A stretch of 64,000 bases of DNA. Source: Felis catus. Its lineage: Eukaryota. The notes under the pieces are model-generated. The model saw only the letters and a list, made by a program, of their open reading frames with translations, was not told the DNA's origin and did not search any database. The translations under genes and the position numbers were made by a program. Within the stretch, counting starts at the first letter, position 1; the number at the start of each line of letters is the position of its first letter. This document shows, piece after piece, positions 37,591 through 50,188 of this stretch. The stretch lies in NCBI RefSeq assembly GCF_018350175.1, contig NC_058372.1, positions 48,052,001 through 48,116,000 on the forward strand. The letters are read 5' to 3'.

Positions 37591-38699
37591 ATTACTGTAA
37601 GTTGAAGACGTTAAGAAACTCCCCTACATGGTTATTTTTACTGTTGTTGATGCATTTTTTGTTAGTTGTGGTGGTGGTGTGGTTTTGTTTCTTTAGCAGT
37701 GTTGAAAGCAAAAAGAAGGCAGAAGGATCCGTGCCCTTTGGAGAACAGGGAAGATTTCAAAATTTAGCTGTGGGAAATTAGTGAGGCAGTGCTTCAAGAA
37801 CCTATAGAGAACTTCTTACGCAGTGACAAGGGCCCAACAGATATTGGAGACCATGTATTTATATTTGAAGGTTATTCTCCAGCAATACTCAGAAAACTTA
37901 GCACTCCATCCAAACAGAGAAGTTGGAGAGGTGGTCAGTAGGATCCATCTAGGAATGGATTTTTGGAATGATAAAAGAGAACGGAGTTGAGAAATTTGGT
38001 AAGCATTAGAAGCAATGATCCTAAGTCAAAAATAAAATAATGCAAGACTGCAGAGAGTTGATCAAACAAACAAAAACTTAAGATATCAACCACATAAAAT
38101 ATAAGGTGTAATGAGACGAAAGAATTGAGACAGCTGGAAATATATGGCATGTCATCAGAGAATTGGAAGTCTATAATACGTTTTCAGAAACAAAAGAGTT
38201 CCAAGTCCTAAAAAGGTCCAGTCTCTGAGTTACTATTGCCAAATTTTATTCTATCCTCACTTTTTAAGAAGGACTCACTATTTGGTTGTTGTTTCTCTGA
38301 AAACTTCCTCCTAATACATCTGGGTCCCTCATGGAATATGGAATAAGATAGGTATTTACCACATTCTTTCCACTGTTGGATCCTACACAAAACCTGGATG
38401 CCTCCTTCAAAATCTGAGGGAGAATCTCATTCTTTCACAAAGCATGGGCATTACACATAGTCAAGAGAAAAAACAGGTTACTGGTTTCCAGTCCTCACAT
38501 ACCATTAATTTTCTTTTAATGTCTCAAAACCTGCTCTCCTGAGGCTCTTCGTAAAGGACAGCACCTCCTTTGTCTCTTCACTGAGTCACTCCCCAATTTC
38601 ACTGACAACTCTGACGCCAAATTTACTCTACACTAAAATTGAATATCTGGATGATATCCTGAGTGTTTAGTGTCCATATGGATGCTTCTACCTACATAT

Positions 38700-39185
38700 T
38701 AGGTAGTTCCTCAGTTATTTCTAAGACCAACAAGTCCTGTGGATCAAACAAAGGTGAGTATATTAAACTTACTGTAGTATGGGAAAACACTACTTTGGTG
38801 GAGTCCTAAATGCTCCTGAAAAGAAGGAAGAAATTAAAGGGTGTTTGTAAAATTTGGGGATCTAGGGTCAAATGACTGAAGATGGATCTTTCAAGAGGTC
38901 TTAGCTTAGACTCGACAAAGTTCGTGACATAATAGGAAGGGTCTTGAAGCAAGTCTTGATGAGCTGATTGTTGTCCTTATAAATGTGCTCTCAGTCCAGG
39001 TAAGAAATCTAGTGTCCTGTTTAGATAGCTATTTTCCCAGGTAAGCACAATGTCTACCAAGATAAATTGGTATACAGAGAATATTCTGAAGCAGAGTGAA
39101 GTTATTTATCGGTATGCAGTCTGATCTTTCTGGCTAAAATTTTTAAGTGCAAACAGTTATGTTGACACAGAGGATCTCAGTTTAC
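38700..39185 (-). mobile_element. Possible ERV solo LTR
   Basis: Minus strand begins TGTAAACTGAG; ~490 bp; LTR-like 3' region; family not identified. Confidence 0.35.
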
Positions 39186-41751
39186 AGAGATGACCAAAAG
39201 GGGAAAAGATCCTGCTTGAATGATTTCCTCAGGACAAAATCATTCCTTGTGAGGAGTATGAAATTATAGCATCAGATCTAACACATTATTTAGATCTTGA
39301 ACATGAGATTGTAATTGGATCTCAAACTAAAGTCAGTTCTCTAGAAATTAAAGGACAACAGACTTGATATAATTCTTCTAAATGACCCAAGACCATCAGC
39401 TCTTAGTTATTCTTGCAGACAAACATCTCCCCTATGGAAGGAAACCATTTCCAAGGTGAAGTTCTCATAAAAGCTCTTCTTCCTGTCCATCACAACTCCC
39501 TGGCAACTTGGACTCTGTAGCTCTAATACAGGAAGATTTCTCAGCAAATCTGCCTTCCTTCTTTTGATTCTTTTCTTTTCTTTATTATTTTTTTTTTAAA
39601 GTTGGCATGAATCTGTTCTCTAACCAGCCCTTCCCTGGAGCCATTTCTCTTACTCTTTCTGTTCTCCTTCCTCAGTTGGTATGAGATGTTTGCCTCCTCC
39701 TTTACACTCAACGGCCACATTCTAAAAGTATTTCATCCTCTTGGCTTTCATAATGGAAATGTTAAATTTGCCATGGAGGACGTGCCCTGGAGGGGAGTTT
39801 TGCTCACACCCTAGAATGGATGTCAGTTAATATTTAGACACAATTAATTAATGGTAAACCCTAAGGCAAACTTTGCTGTTAGGAAAATCAGACCATATCC
39901 CCAATTGAATGAAAGGCTGCTTTCCTGACCAAGTCAGCAGATGTTCTATTATCAACAAAGACTGACATCACAAGGTGGTGGATGGGGACATAGATTAATT
40001 AAGGATACTTAAAATGTATGGCTGAAATAGCATCAGAGTTTCTTAAGCTAAGTTGCTGAAGTTTCCCTATCTCCTAAATTTCTCTTCTGCTACATTTCTC
40101 CTCCTTTCTACCACATCCCAGGTTTCAATTCAAGAAGCTATCAGGTTTCAAGATTTCTAAAAAGCTCTTTGAGTCACAGTGAGGTCTTCTCAGACCTTTT
40201 TCATATAATTCAGCCTACATTGATTTGAAGTTTTTATTGCCACCATATACACTGAGAACTTTTTAAGATACTCATGTTCATATTTTCACCTCAGTATGTA
40301 CACAAGGCTGGATATGGTTGAATATAATGATTGAAGGGCTTATCTTGACATTGTAAATATCATGAAAATATACATGATGTAGAATATACTATTCACAAGG
40401 TAGTAAATACTAGAATTTACTCAATCCAAGAATTTGTAATTCTTCTTCATTTTAGATCAAGTCCATGAAATGTGTTTATCTTCTGATAACTTATTCAATA
40501 TTTTGTGAATGCCTCTTGTGTACTAGCAACTTTGCAAGAAGAAAAAATAAATTCAGGAAGGACCACTGGTAGGAAAATATGCAGAGTGCGTTGGGAAGGG
40601 AACACACTTCTTCCCCCTCCAGATATGGAAGGAGCCCACATCTAGCCTAATCCACACTCTTCTTTCATTCATGTCCAGCTTGAGAAGACAAACTGGACAT
40701 GGATAGCTACCCCTCTTCCTAGTCCCTTTACCTTATAAGTTTTGGGATCTGCTGGAAGTTCTCTCACATTGTGCCACACCTAGAAGAGTTGGCACATGGC
40801 AGGGTTTGCTTTTTCTAGGGTGTTTTTTACTAAGAAGTTAATTGCCTAGTTTTTGAGTTCAGTATCAGGGGCCCCATAAGCTACTGCCCATTTTGAGCTT
40901 TATCAAAATAAATACATTTTATATCCCACTCACTTTATTGTTTGATCTTAATTGGTTCATAACTCAAGGGAGAAGAGGGGTACAATTTAATTGATCAACA
41001 CTTAGACCTCAATAAAGTAGGGAAATAACTATGATAAAGATTTAAGTTTCAAAGAACTAAGAGAAATACAGAAAGGAAAGCAAATAACTCTAACTGGAAC
41101 ACCAGCAGTTGCAGAAAGAGAAAATCAAGGAAGATTTCTTTAGATTATAAACTCAAGGATGACAGGGGTCTTGTCTGTTTGGGCTCATACTCTCTTCCCA
41201 GAATATAGCCATAGAGAATGAATTAATGAGAAAGGTCAAGACTTCCATGATCAGGATTAGGAATATGGGATGGACAAGAAGAGAGACATGGGAATCTTTC
41301 AGCAGAGGAGGAAAAACTGGTAAGTGGGCAGGGATAAGAAATATACATTTCTCTAAGACTGAATATACCAAAATGTTCACTTAATCAAATTTGCCATCAA
41401 AATGAAAGCATAGAGTGTCTTTAATATAGAAAATGTACTTACCTTGTTATAGTATTTTTTTTTCCTCACAGCAGCCTAGGACATCTTTGTTATTTACACA
41501 TTTAAGTAAGATAACTGATAAAGAATAAGACTATCTGTATACTGTAGAATAAGAAGTAAGTTAAAGATTTATTTATTCTGATTTTTTATAATACATTCTG
41601 AATGTAGCTGAAATCCTTAAGCAGCCTTCCTACCACTCAACCAACTGCTTTAATGAACTATGAACTTTCAGTCTACAATATTTGTATTGATATAACCACT
41701 AAGAGGTATGATTAGAAGCAGGTTTGATGCCAAACTTTGTAGCTGTGTTTT

Positions 41752-41955
41752 CAACGTTTATTTATTTTTGGGACAGAGAGAGACAGAGCATGAACGAGGG
41801 AGGGGCAGAGAGAGAGGGGGAAACACAGAATGGAAGCAGGCTCCAGGCTCTGAGCCATCAGCCCAGAGCCCGACGCGGGGCTCGAACTCACGGACCGTGA
41901 GATCGTGACCTGGCTGAAGTCGGACGCTTAACCGACTGCGCCACCCAGGTGCCCC
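41752..41955 (-). mobile_element. Young felid Can-SINE, almost no poly(A)
   Basis: CpG-rich; perfect TSD TGTAGCTGTGTTTT at 41738-41751 and 41956-41969. Confidence 0.96.
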
Positions 41956-41977
41956 TGTAGCTGTGTTTTTAAAGATA

Positions 41978-42731
41978 CAGGCATACTCCATTTTATTGCA
42001 CTTTACTGCACTTCACAGATACTGGGTTTGGGGGGGGGGGTGTTTTTTTGTTTTTTTGTTTTGTTTTGTTTTGTTTACAAATTGAAGGTTTATGGAGGCT
42101 ATCCTGCCTCCAGCAAGTCTATCAACACCATTTTTCCAACAGCATTTGGTAAGTTTGTGTCTCTGTTTCACATTTCAGTAATTCTTGTAGCATTTCAAAC
42201 TTCATCATTATTATTATATGTTATAGTGATCTTTGATCAGTGATAACTCACTGAAAGCTAATATGATGACTGGCGTCTTTTAACAATATTTTTAAATTAA
42301 GGTATGTACTTTGTTTTTAAAACATAACACTATTGCACACTATTTTTTTTAAGGAAGTAAAGGAAGATAGGGACCATGGGGTATTGGACTGTATTTAAAT
42401 TGTTTTATGTTTATTTGTTTTTGAGAGAGAGAGACAGAGATAGAGACAGCATGAGCGGAAGAGGGGCAGAGACAGAGGGAAACAAGAATCCGACACAGAG
42501 CTTCAACACATGAACCTTGAGATCATGACCTGAGCTGAAGTCAGACACTAAGCCACCCAGTTTCCCCAAGACATAACATTATTGCATACTTTAACAGACG
42601 ACAGTAAGGTATAAACATAACTTTTGCATGCACTCAGAAACCCAAACAATGCATGTGACTCACTTCATTGTGATACTTCCTCTCCTGCGGTGGTCTGTAA
42701 CCAAACCCACAGTATCTCCAGGATATGCTTG
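41978..42731. mobile_element. Internally deleted Tigger1 (non-autonomous, both ends present)
   Basis: TA|CAGGCATACTCCATTTTATTGC ... CAGTATCTCCAGGATATGCTTG|TA; internal TTTACAAATTGAAGGTTT and TTAAATTAAGGTATGTAC Tigger1 motifs. Confidence 0.9.
42342..42568 (-). mobile_element. Can-SINE plus ~43 bp extra 3' sequence, nested in Tigger1
   Basis: 20-bp TSD ACATAACACTATTGCACACT (42322-42341) / ACATAACATTATTGCATACT (42571-42590). Confidence 0.88.
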
Positions 42732-43159
42732 TATTGGGTATACTAAATTACAGTTCTTTCCAGAGGCACTTCCTCATCTGTATTCATTTCAAAATGTGGT
42801 GTCTATCTCTCCTGCCCCAATTCCTCCTAATTTTACAGTCAGCAAACCACTCAGCTGAGGAACTGCCCACTGAGAATCCTACCAAGTTAGGGTACAGCAT
42901 GGCACCCCTTGAGATAACAGCAAGCCCTGTTTTGTTCTATAGAGTTACAGGCAACAAGGCTTTGAAATTAGGATCAACAAAAACTTTGTTTGTTACCCTT
43001 TTTAAAAAAAAATTGTTTTCTTGTTTTTGTGTGTGTGTGTATGTTTTTAAAGAATAAGAAATGAACTCTCTGAAGAACAAAGGAAGCAGCAACTCCAGAT
43101 GTATTTTAAGCCTAAGGAAAGTTAGAAGCTAGAAGAGAATATGAGTGGCAGGACATATA

Positions 43160-43700
43160 CAGTCGACCTTTAAAGGTTTGATTTCTGTTTTAAGTTCTGC
43201 AAACGCCCCCGGCTTTCCCCCACATAAAATAAAAAAACCTGACTTATGTTCAAATGTGGCCTTCGCCCTTCACCCTAACACCAAACACCACGAGGAAAAA
43301 AAAATTAGGGGTGGGAAGGCAACATGTCTATAAAGATATGAATATCCATCCCCCGTACCAGCTGAATCAAAGATGAAGCTCTGAGATTTGAGCCTGGTGG
43401 AGAATCACGATGTAGTACGATGATTCTTAAGCATGGGGGTCACACTCAGAAAGTGCTTTGCGGCAGTGCTGGCGAAGAACCTGAAACCCATCTCCTCTTC
43501 TGACCATCCTTCCCGAATCACCTACCAAGAGCCTGCATTTGACCCTGGATGCAAGTCCCCGCAAGGCAAAATCACTTTGATCTGTGATCTTTGTTTCATC
43601 TGAAGTTTACATCCTGGGATCATTAACACTCTGGCTATGTCCACACCAGCATTATTAAGCAATGCAGAATTGAAGAAGTTATCTGGCAAATCAGCCCCAC
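43160..43700. promoter_or_regulatory. Candidate regulatory element (CpG retention, TCF/SOX motifs)
   Basis: 12 CpGs counted; ATCAAAG 43366-43372, CTTTGATC 43575-43582, CTTTGTT 43589-43595. Confidence 0.3.
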
Positions 43701-44199
43701 TCCCCCTCCCAAAAAACAAAAACAAAAAAAACAAAAAAACAAAAAACAAAAAACTCCACGAGACAAATCTACTTTAGCCTAAAATATTTAGAAAATGAAG
43801 AAAAAATGACCTTGCTATTAGCTGAAAAGTATACATAATTGATTCAATTTTCTATTTTACTTTGGAATGGACTGAGTTTTATTCTCTACTCAGTTACAAT
43901 TTAGTTCATTACTATTAAAGACCATTAAGAGGATGGTTCAGAACAATTTCTGCCAAGTTCAGTATTATTATTTTGCTAATGGTCATTGTGGTGAGAATGG
44001 TTTAAGAAAGTAGGAATGAGTGTGGATTCTCGCTTACAATTCAAAATCCTGATATAGAATATTTTGAAGCCTATTAAAATTATGAAATTCAAACAGTCCC
44101 ATGGATTTGTATGCTTAATAGTTACCTTTTTTTTAATCAAGGAGAAAGACAACACATCAGGAAAAAAATTGTAAAAGCCTGTATAGGCAATGCACAAAT

Positions 44200-44830
44200 C
44201 AAGTAACACAAATGGCTGATAAGTGTTCAACTCACCACTGAGATTTAAAATATTAAATTAAAATGAGATACAGTAGCAAAACTTACCAGATTGGCAGAGA
44301 CAAAAAATAAAGAAAAAAGAACACACCAAGGCTTCTCCAACTGTCACATGCAACTCGCAATTCAAGGTGAAAACACCTACAACCTTTCTGAAAGCCAATC
44401 AGTAAGGTACAGTGGAAGTTTCAACAATGTGCACATCCTTGTTCCCTACAATAGCACTTCCAAGGTTTATTCCCAATGAAGTATGAAGGATGGCTACCAG
44501 CTTCCATCCTTAGCTTCAGGGAATAAACATTATATCCAAAAATAAGAATCGGTTAAGTAATTTGTGTTAAACTCACATAATAAAACACCACGCAACCCTG
44601 AAAAATAATGCATCTATGTTTTAGGTAAAAGTAAATTTAATGATATGGAAAAAAGGTATTTATCACATAACATACTGAATACAAAGCCATTTTACAAATT
44701 AATGCATAAAAATAATCTCTGCTGTGTTTTTTGAAAAGGTATATATCACCAAAATGTTACCAGGGGATGCTTTGGTTGTAGAATTTTACATATTTTTAGT
44801 TTTTGACAACTAAAAGGCACATAATATAAT
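44200..44830 (+). mobile_element. Old L1ME-like 3' fragment
   Basis: TGTTCAACTCACC...AATGAGATAC...CCAGATTGGCA...ACAACCTTTCTGAAAG...CACCAAAATGTTACCAG. Confidence 0.65.
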
Positions 44831-46120
44831 TTCTTCTTAATTTACATTGAACAGTTCACAAGGAAGTAAAGATGCACAGGTCATCTACAGCAGCGAGCAG
44901 AGAACTAAAATTATGAGCCCCATATCACTAAGTAAACCAAGATTATTTGGTTAAAAGCTATATGAACATAACCCCAAATAACTTAAGAAAAATACAAAAT
45001 GAAGGCATTCTCTGTTAGCTGCCTATTTTGGTCTTCAAGATACAATTTACAAAATTTTACACTTCTTATTGGAATGCTTTAGTCAAAATATGACTGACAG
45101 GGAGTTCAGCTTAATTGTTCAGGAACAAGAGCTCAAGTCTCCTCACATGAGTATTGGATTTCAATGCCAATCCTACACTGGATAGTTCTTTAGTAATCAT
45201 TTCTAAACATTAATGGAATTCCATTTACTTTCCTAAGTAAAAGATGTCATATAAATTCATAAAGATGATAATGACATGCTGTTATAAAAGAAAAACATGT
45301 TTTTATTTATAATTCTCTTTCCCAGTGGTATTTTCTGTACTCTAAACAGAAGTGGAGGTTTTGCCTGAATTATCAGGATATTGCCACACTTCCGATCTTT
45401 GTTTTGCTAGGAAGTATCTGACATATGGGGCTTGCCCAAGGTTGTTTAAAAATGAAAAAAATGCCATGAGGGGAATACAGACATTCTGACTAATTCAAAT
45501 GTACCTCTCATTATTTATTCATTCATTCATTCCTTCATCCACCCATGCCAACCCAGTTGAGTTTGTACAATCCATTTCTCCCCTACTGGGATCTTCTCTT
45601 CTTCTTCTGACCGCATTTCACAGACCTGCTTCAATACAGATAGCTGTCTTCCACTCTCTTCCTTCCTCAAAGTTGACATGTCTTTAATTTCATAAGATCA
45701 GATCTTTAGTCTTTTAATAAACAGATTTTAAATCATACACTAACTCCCTATAGTTGACAATGCCCACCTGAAATGATTGTTAAGGATTCTGAAGAAAAGA
45801 GCAAAAGGATTCTGACTGTATCCCAATTCACTTGGAAACACCCTCATGACTGATTAGTAATGTCTGCCATTCATAAAATTGAGGGGAGGGACAGAGAGAA
45901 ATAGTTTTCATTTTCAAGGAGTACATTTCTAGTTTGATCCTTCACTCCCCTCTGTCTCTTCCTTACTGTTGGGGACACAGCTACCCTGCAATAGACTTGC
46001 CCCATCAGCATCCTGGACCTGAAACATTCACCTATGTGGAAGCTTGGTGAGAGTTGTCACGGAGCCCCATATTCTTCTTCCTAATTAGGAGAAACTTTTC
46101 CTCTGTTCTGGGTACTCAAC

Positions 46121-46170
46121 CCAGTACAACTCAGTACAATCCATTACAACCCAATACAACTCAATACACA
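46121..46170. repeat. 10-bp tandem repeat x5 (YCARTACAAC)
   Basis: CCAGTACAAC TCAGTACAAT CCATTACAAC CCAATACAAC TCAATACACA. Confidence 0.85.
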
Positions 46171-46886
46171 TGAATGTCCTTGTACTACATAAGCTTGTGG
46201 GTCATAAAGAACCTGGCCGGTCCAACCAGTCCATCTGCCTCCAGAGGAAGAGAACCGGGTCTTTGCCAGCAACATCAGAGTGTTATGTACAGTCCACTAC
46301 CTTGAGCGGCCATCAGAGAGACCTGTTAGCCATATTACAGACACTGATCTTGCTGCATTTCTTCTTTCTCTGAGTAGCCTACTCTTCTGACCAGTGCCTT
46401 GTGTGTTGAGTTCTCTGCAGGGATCTGAAGCCTACATGAGGCAGTGGGTAGAGAGGTCTGTGGGCTCCTACTGTTAACGGTTGGCTGTGTTCTGATCTTT
46501 GCTGTCTTCCAGTGGTGGGGGAGTCCTCACTTGGGGTTGGTACTTGGGTCTTCTGGCTCAGCACCTACCATAACTAATTATCAATATTATCAATATTTCT
46601 TTTTTTTTTTTTTTTATCTACAGTAAAGCCTGTCCTGGCATCTTTCAATATGACAAAACCACCCCTTCCTAATATTCTACCATATTTCAGTTGTCTCCTT
46701 AAGTCTTAATCCCTCCATTCCACTATATATGGAGCATTAACTAAGTGCCCAACTCAGTGGCTGGAACTCCAAGAAAAATCACTGCAACCTGAACTGGACA
46801 GTGAAGAGCCTATAGCCAACCACACGTCACTCCAACACTCATAGCAAGCCTTTACTTGGATTTATATAGAAAGTGATGCCTTTTAA

Positions 46887-47096
46887 GACTGCCTGGGTGG
46901 TTCAGTCAGTTAAGCATCCAACTTTGGTTCAGATCAAGATCTCACAGTTCATGAGTTTGAGCCCCACATCTGGCTCTTTGCCCACAGCTTGGAGCCTGGA
47001 GCCTGCTTCAGATTCTGTGTCTCCCTCTCTCTCTGCCCCTCCCCTGCTTGTGCTCTCTCTCTCAAAAATAAATAAACATTAAAAAATAAAAATAAA
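46887..47096 (+). mobile_element. Can-SINE
   Basis: Head, core, AATAAA tail; near-TSD AAAGTGATGCC / AAAGTGATACC. Confidence 0.93.
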
Positions 47097-47808
47097 AAAG
47101 TGATACCCTTCAGGCTAATTGTATCTCTAGTTCATACTGAGGAAAACAATACTTCCTAAACATGTAATGGGTAATGAATGACAATGTGTCCCATGTTTTC
47201 TCCCTTCCTTTTTCTTTTTACCTTCCCCTCCCTGCCTCCCTCACTATATCTGAAATGTAGCTTAAATAATAATATCAGGCAGAAAGTCCAGCCCAGGAAG
47301 CTAACTAAACTCCTGTCCTAAAGTACTTGAATACAACTAAACACAAAACAGGAGTTAAATGCCACTGAAGACCATCAACCATATGAACGGAGTAAGATTT
47401 TAAGCAATTGCATAATATTGCCTCGAGCAACAAACCTTACCTAATCATATGAGTCCACACTACTTCAGCACAAATATAAACATTGCAAGACAAAGCCACA
47501 TTCAGCCTTGAACCGAAAGCAGCAAGATGTGTGCTGAAAAATATTCATCTAATGTAAAAGCAAAAGGCTAATAGCACTAAGTTACATGAGGAAACTATCT
47601 ACCCAAAGCTTTCTTTGCAAATAAAACAAAACAGAGCTAATGTGCTGCAAACAATTAATTCTATTCCCCATGAAGGAAAAAAGTCTAAATTTTGCACTTA
47701 CCATTAGGGAAAAAATTTAAATATTGATTAATATGTTAGGTATAAGTGCTAATAGGCATTAGACTCTTAGAACAATGCCTGTACATGGTGAGCACCATAT
47801 GCTTTGGC

Positions 47809-47840
<32 letters not shown>
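47809..47840. repeat. (TAT)n at the end of a MIR fragment (~47700-47810)
   Basis: CTTAGAACAATGCCTGTACATGGTGAGCAC then TATTATTAT run. Confidence 0.85.
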
Positions 47841-47844
<4 letters not shown>

Positions 47845-48580
47845 AGTACCCCTATTATTAATTCAGAAGTCCCTTTGACTCCTCCATCAACTGGACCCAA
47901 ATCTATGTATGTCAGAAATAATTTTTTTGCTGTGACACTGAGCATCTCACTTTGCCTCTCCAGATCTCATTTGTACTCCTCTTTAGAATGGGAAACCTGT
48001 GCTCCGTGACTAAGCCACCCTACATAGACTACCTGCTCCTCCTGTGGGGAGGGACAATTGAGTAAAGGCACATGAAAAGGCTACAGATGTCCATGCTTCA
48101 CAAGTACACAGGATTGTAAAGTGAAGGGGAGAAGACTTCTGCCTTCATGGTAAAACAAACAAACAAAACCCCTCTCCCTAAAACAAAAATAGTCACTTTC
48201 CAATTATTTTAGTGCCAGATTTCCCATGTTGTTTATGACCGTGAGTTCTGTTCTAAAAGGCCACCGCACTAAGTCCACCAGAAATAAACACCTTATTGTG
48301 AAGGAGTCTCTAAGATAAATTTTCAGTACACTGAAATGAGTCAAGAGAATGGGGGGGGGGGGGTACCAACTACATACATTCTTCTAGAAAAGCCAGTTAA
48401 AGTCTGAATCGTGGGGAGATGTCTGCAATGGAGTACCCTAAACAGCCTGGAAAAGATGGGCACTGGACAGAGAGCGATGGTAGCAGTAAGGGGAATTACT
48501 GCCCATCTGCAGTTTTATTTACTTAGCCATTCTATGAAACTTAACCTATCTGGTAATTTTAATTCCTGACGGGAGTCCTC

Positions 48581-48705
48581 AAGGATAGCATGCCCTGGTT
48601 TGGCTCAGTTAGTCTGTTTACTTGTTTTGTCTCAGTAAAATTACTAATAATACCCTCTTTCTCTCAAGTAACCCAGTTTGGATCATCAGTCATATGTTGA
48701 TCCTG
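48581..48705. mobile_element. MER94-like hAT-Blackjack MITE
   Basis: CCCTGGTTTGG...AATTACTAATAATACCCTCTTTCTCTCAA...CCCAGTTTGGATCATCAGTCATATGTTGATCCT. Confidence 0.55.
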
Positions 48706-48966
48706 AATATGAGCAGTGTTAAAAAAAAAAATGTGGATGATGTCACTATTGTTCTTTCTCTTCAACTAGGAAGTACCCAATGCTCCCATTTGTAGCCTCC
48801 ATCCTCCCTACCGTTTCTGATGACTTATTCCCTTACAAATATAGAAGGAAAGCAAAAGTAGCTTTATAACAAGGTAACTTCCTATAAAAGTTAGAAAAAA
48901 GAAATTCAAGATTGTTCTACATTTACTTGGACTATGATGTCATATGCCTGTAAAAATATAAAGTGA

Positions 48967-49200
48967 GGGGTGCCTGGGTGGCTCAGTTGGTTAAGCAATC
49001 AACTTTGGCTTAGATCATGATCTCACGGTTTGTGGGTTCGAGCCCTGCATCTGGCTCTGTGCTGACAGTTCAGAGCCTGGACCCTGCTTTGGATTCTGGG
49101 TTTCCCTGTCCCTGCCCCTCCCCCACCCCCGCCCCCACTCACTCTCTGGCTCTCTCACTCTCTCTCTCTCTCAAAAATAAACATTAAAAAAAAAAAAAAC
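48967..49200 (+). mobile_element. Can-SINE
   Basis: TSD TAAAGTGA at 48959-48966 and 49201-49208. Confidence 0.94.
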
Positions 49201-49615
49201 TAAAGTGAACACAAGTGAATCTGTAAGCTGCTGAACACGAAGCCAGGGCTTCCATGCACACTGTCATTCCACATTCAACAACTGAAAGAATGGCAATTTC
49301 CTCTATGTAGGACCATGTTCCTTCAGTTCCTGATAATCTCTTTCAATACATGAAAGACTTTGTCACCTACTTTGTCACACATATGCTTGAGTTCCAATTG
49401 TAATGAACTGTTTAAATTACAAAAAGGGCATTTCTACATAGAACCAAGATCCAGAGGCTTCCTATTTGTGACTGCCAAATTGATTCTGCAAATATTGTGG
49501 TTAAATGCATCATATTCATGTAAAATCATTGATATTTGCTTTTATGATTTTAGGACTGTAAGGATAGTGTGCATATGTCCAACATGTCAGGTTGTTAAAA
49601 TTATTTAAAATTCCA

Positions 49616-49835
49616 GGGGCACCTCAGTGGCTCAGGTGGTTGAGTATCCAACCTCAGCTCAGGTCATGATCTCATGGTTTGTGGGTTTGAGCCCCAAGTG
49701 GGGCTTTGCACTGACAGCACCAGAGCCTCCTTCGGCTCCTCTATTTCCCTCTCTCTGTGCCCCTCTCCGGCTCATATGCTCTCTCTCTCTCTCTCTCTCA
49801 AAAATAAATAAACATATAAAAATAAAAATAAATAA
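49616..49835 (+). mobile_element. Can-SINE
   Basis: Head, core and A-rich tail; no clean TSD. Confidence 0.92.
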
Positions 49836-49974
49836 AATTATGTGCCTCTTTTTTACCAAATCTTTGTTAGTATTACTAGGTACTGAAATTCCTCCCAATG
49901 GACTTTGTAACAAGGAAGGAATTAGTAAACCCTTGAAGGTGCCTAGATAAAAAGGAATATGAAAGAAAATCCAC

Positions 49975-50188
49975 ATTTATTGCACTGTACTATCTACCAA
50001 GTACACTGAGTTAAATGTTTTCCTTTTGTTTATCTTGTTAATTCTTGTGAGAGTCTGGCAAGATAATCCTCCATTTTACAAATGAGGAAACTGAGCTCCA
50101 GAGAGCAAATTGTCTAGGATTCCACAAATACTGGACAGTAAATCTGAAGCTCCAACTAAAACCTGTTAGTTCAAAAGCCTGTGTCTTT
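49975..50188 (-). mobile_element. MIR
   Basis: CTCCATTTTACAAATGAGGAAACTGAGCTCCAGAGAG core. Confidence 0.8.

Noticed and set aside
41437..41566. Minus-strand consensus donor AAG|GTAAGT with an upstream acceptor (99-bp pseudo-exon 41443-41541)
   Set aside because: Stops in all three frames and very AT-rich; at most a cryptic or non-coding exon without further support
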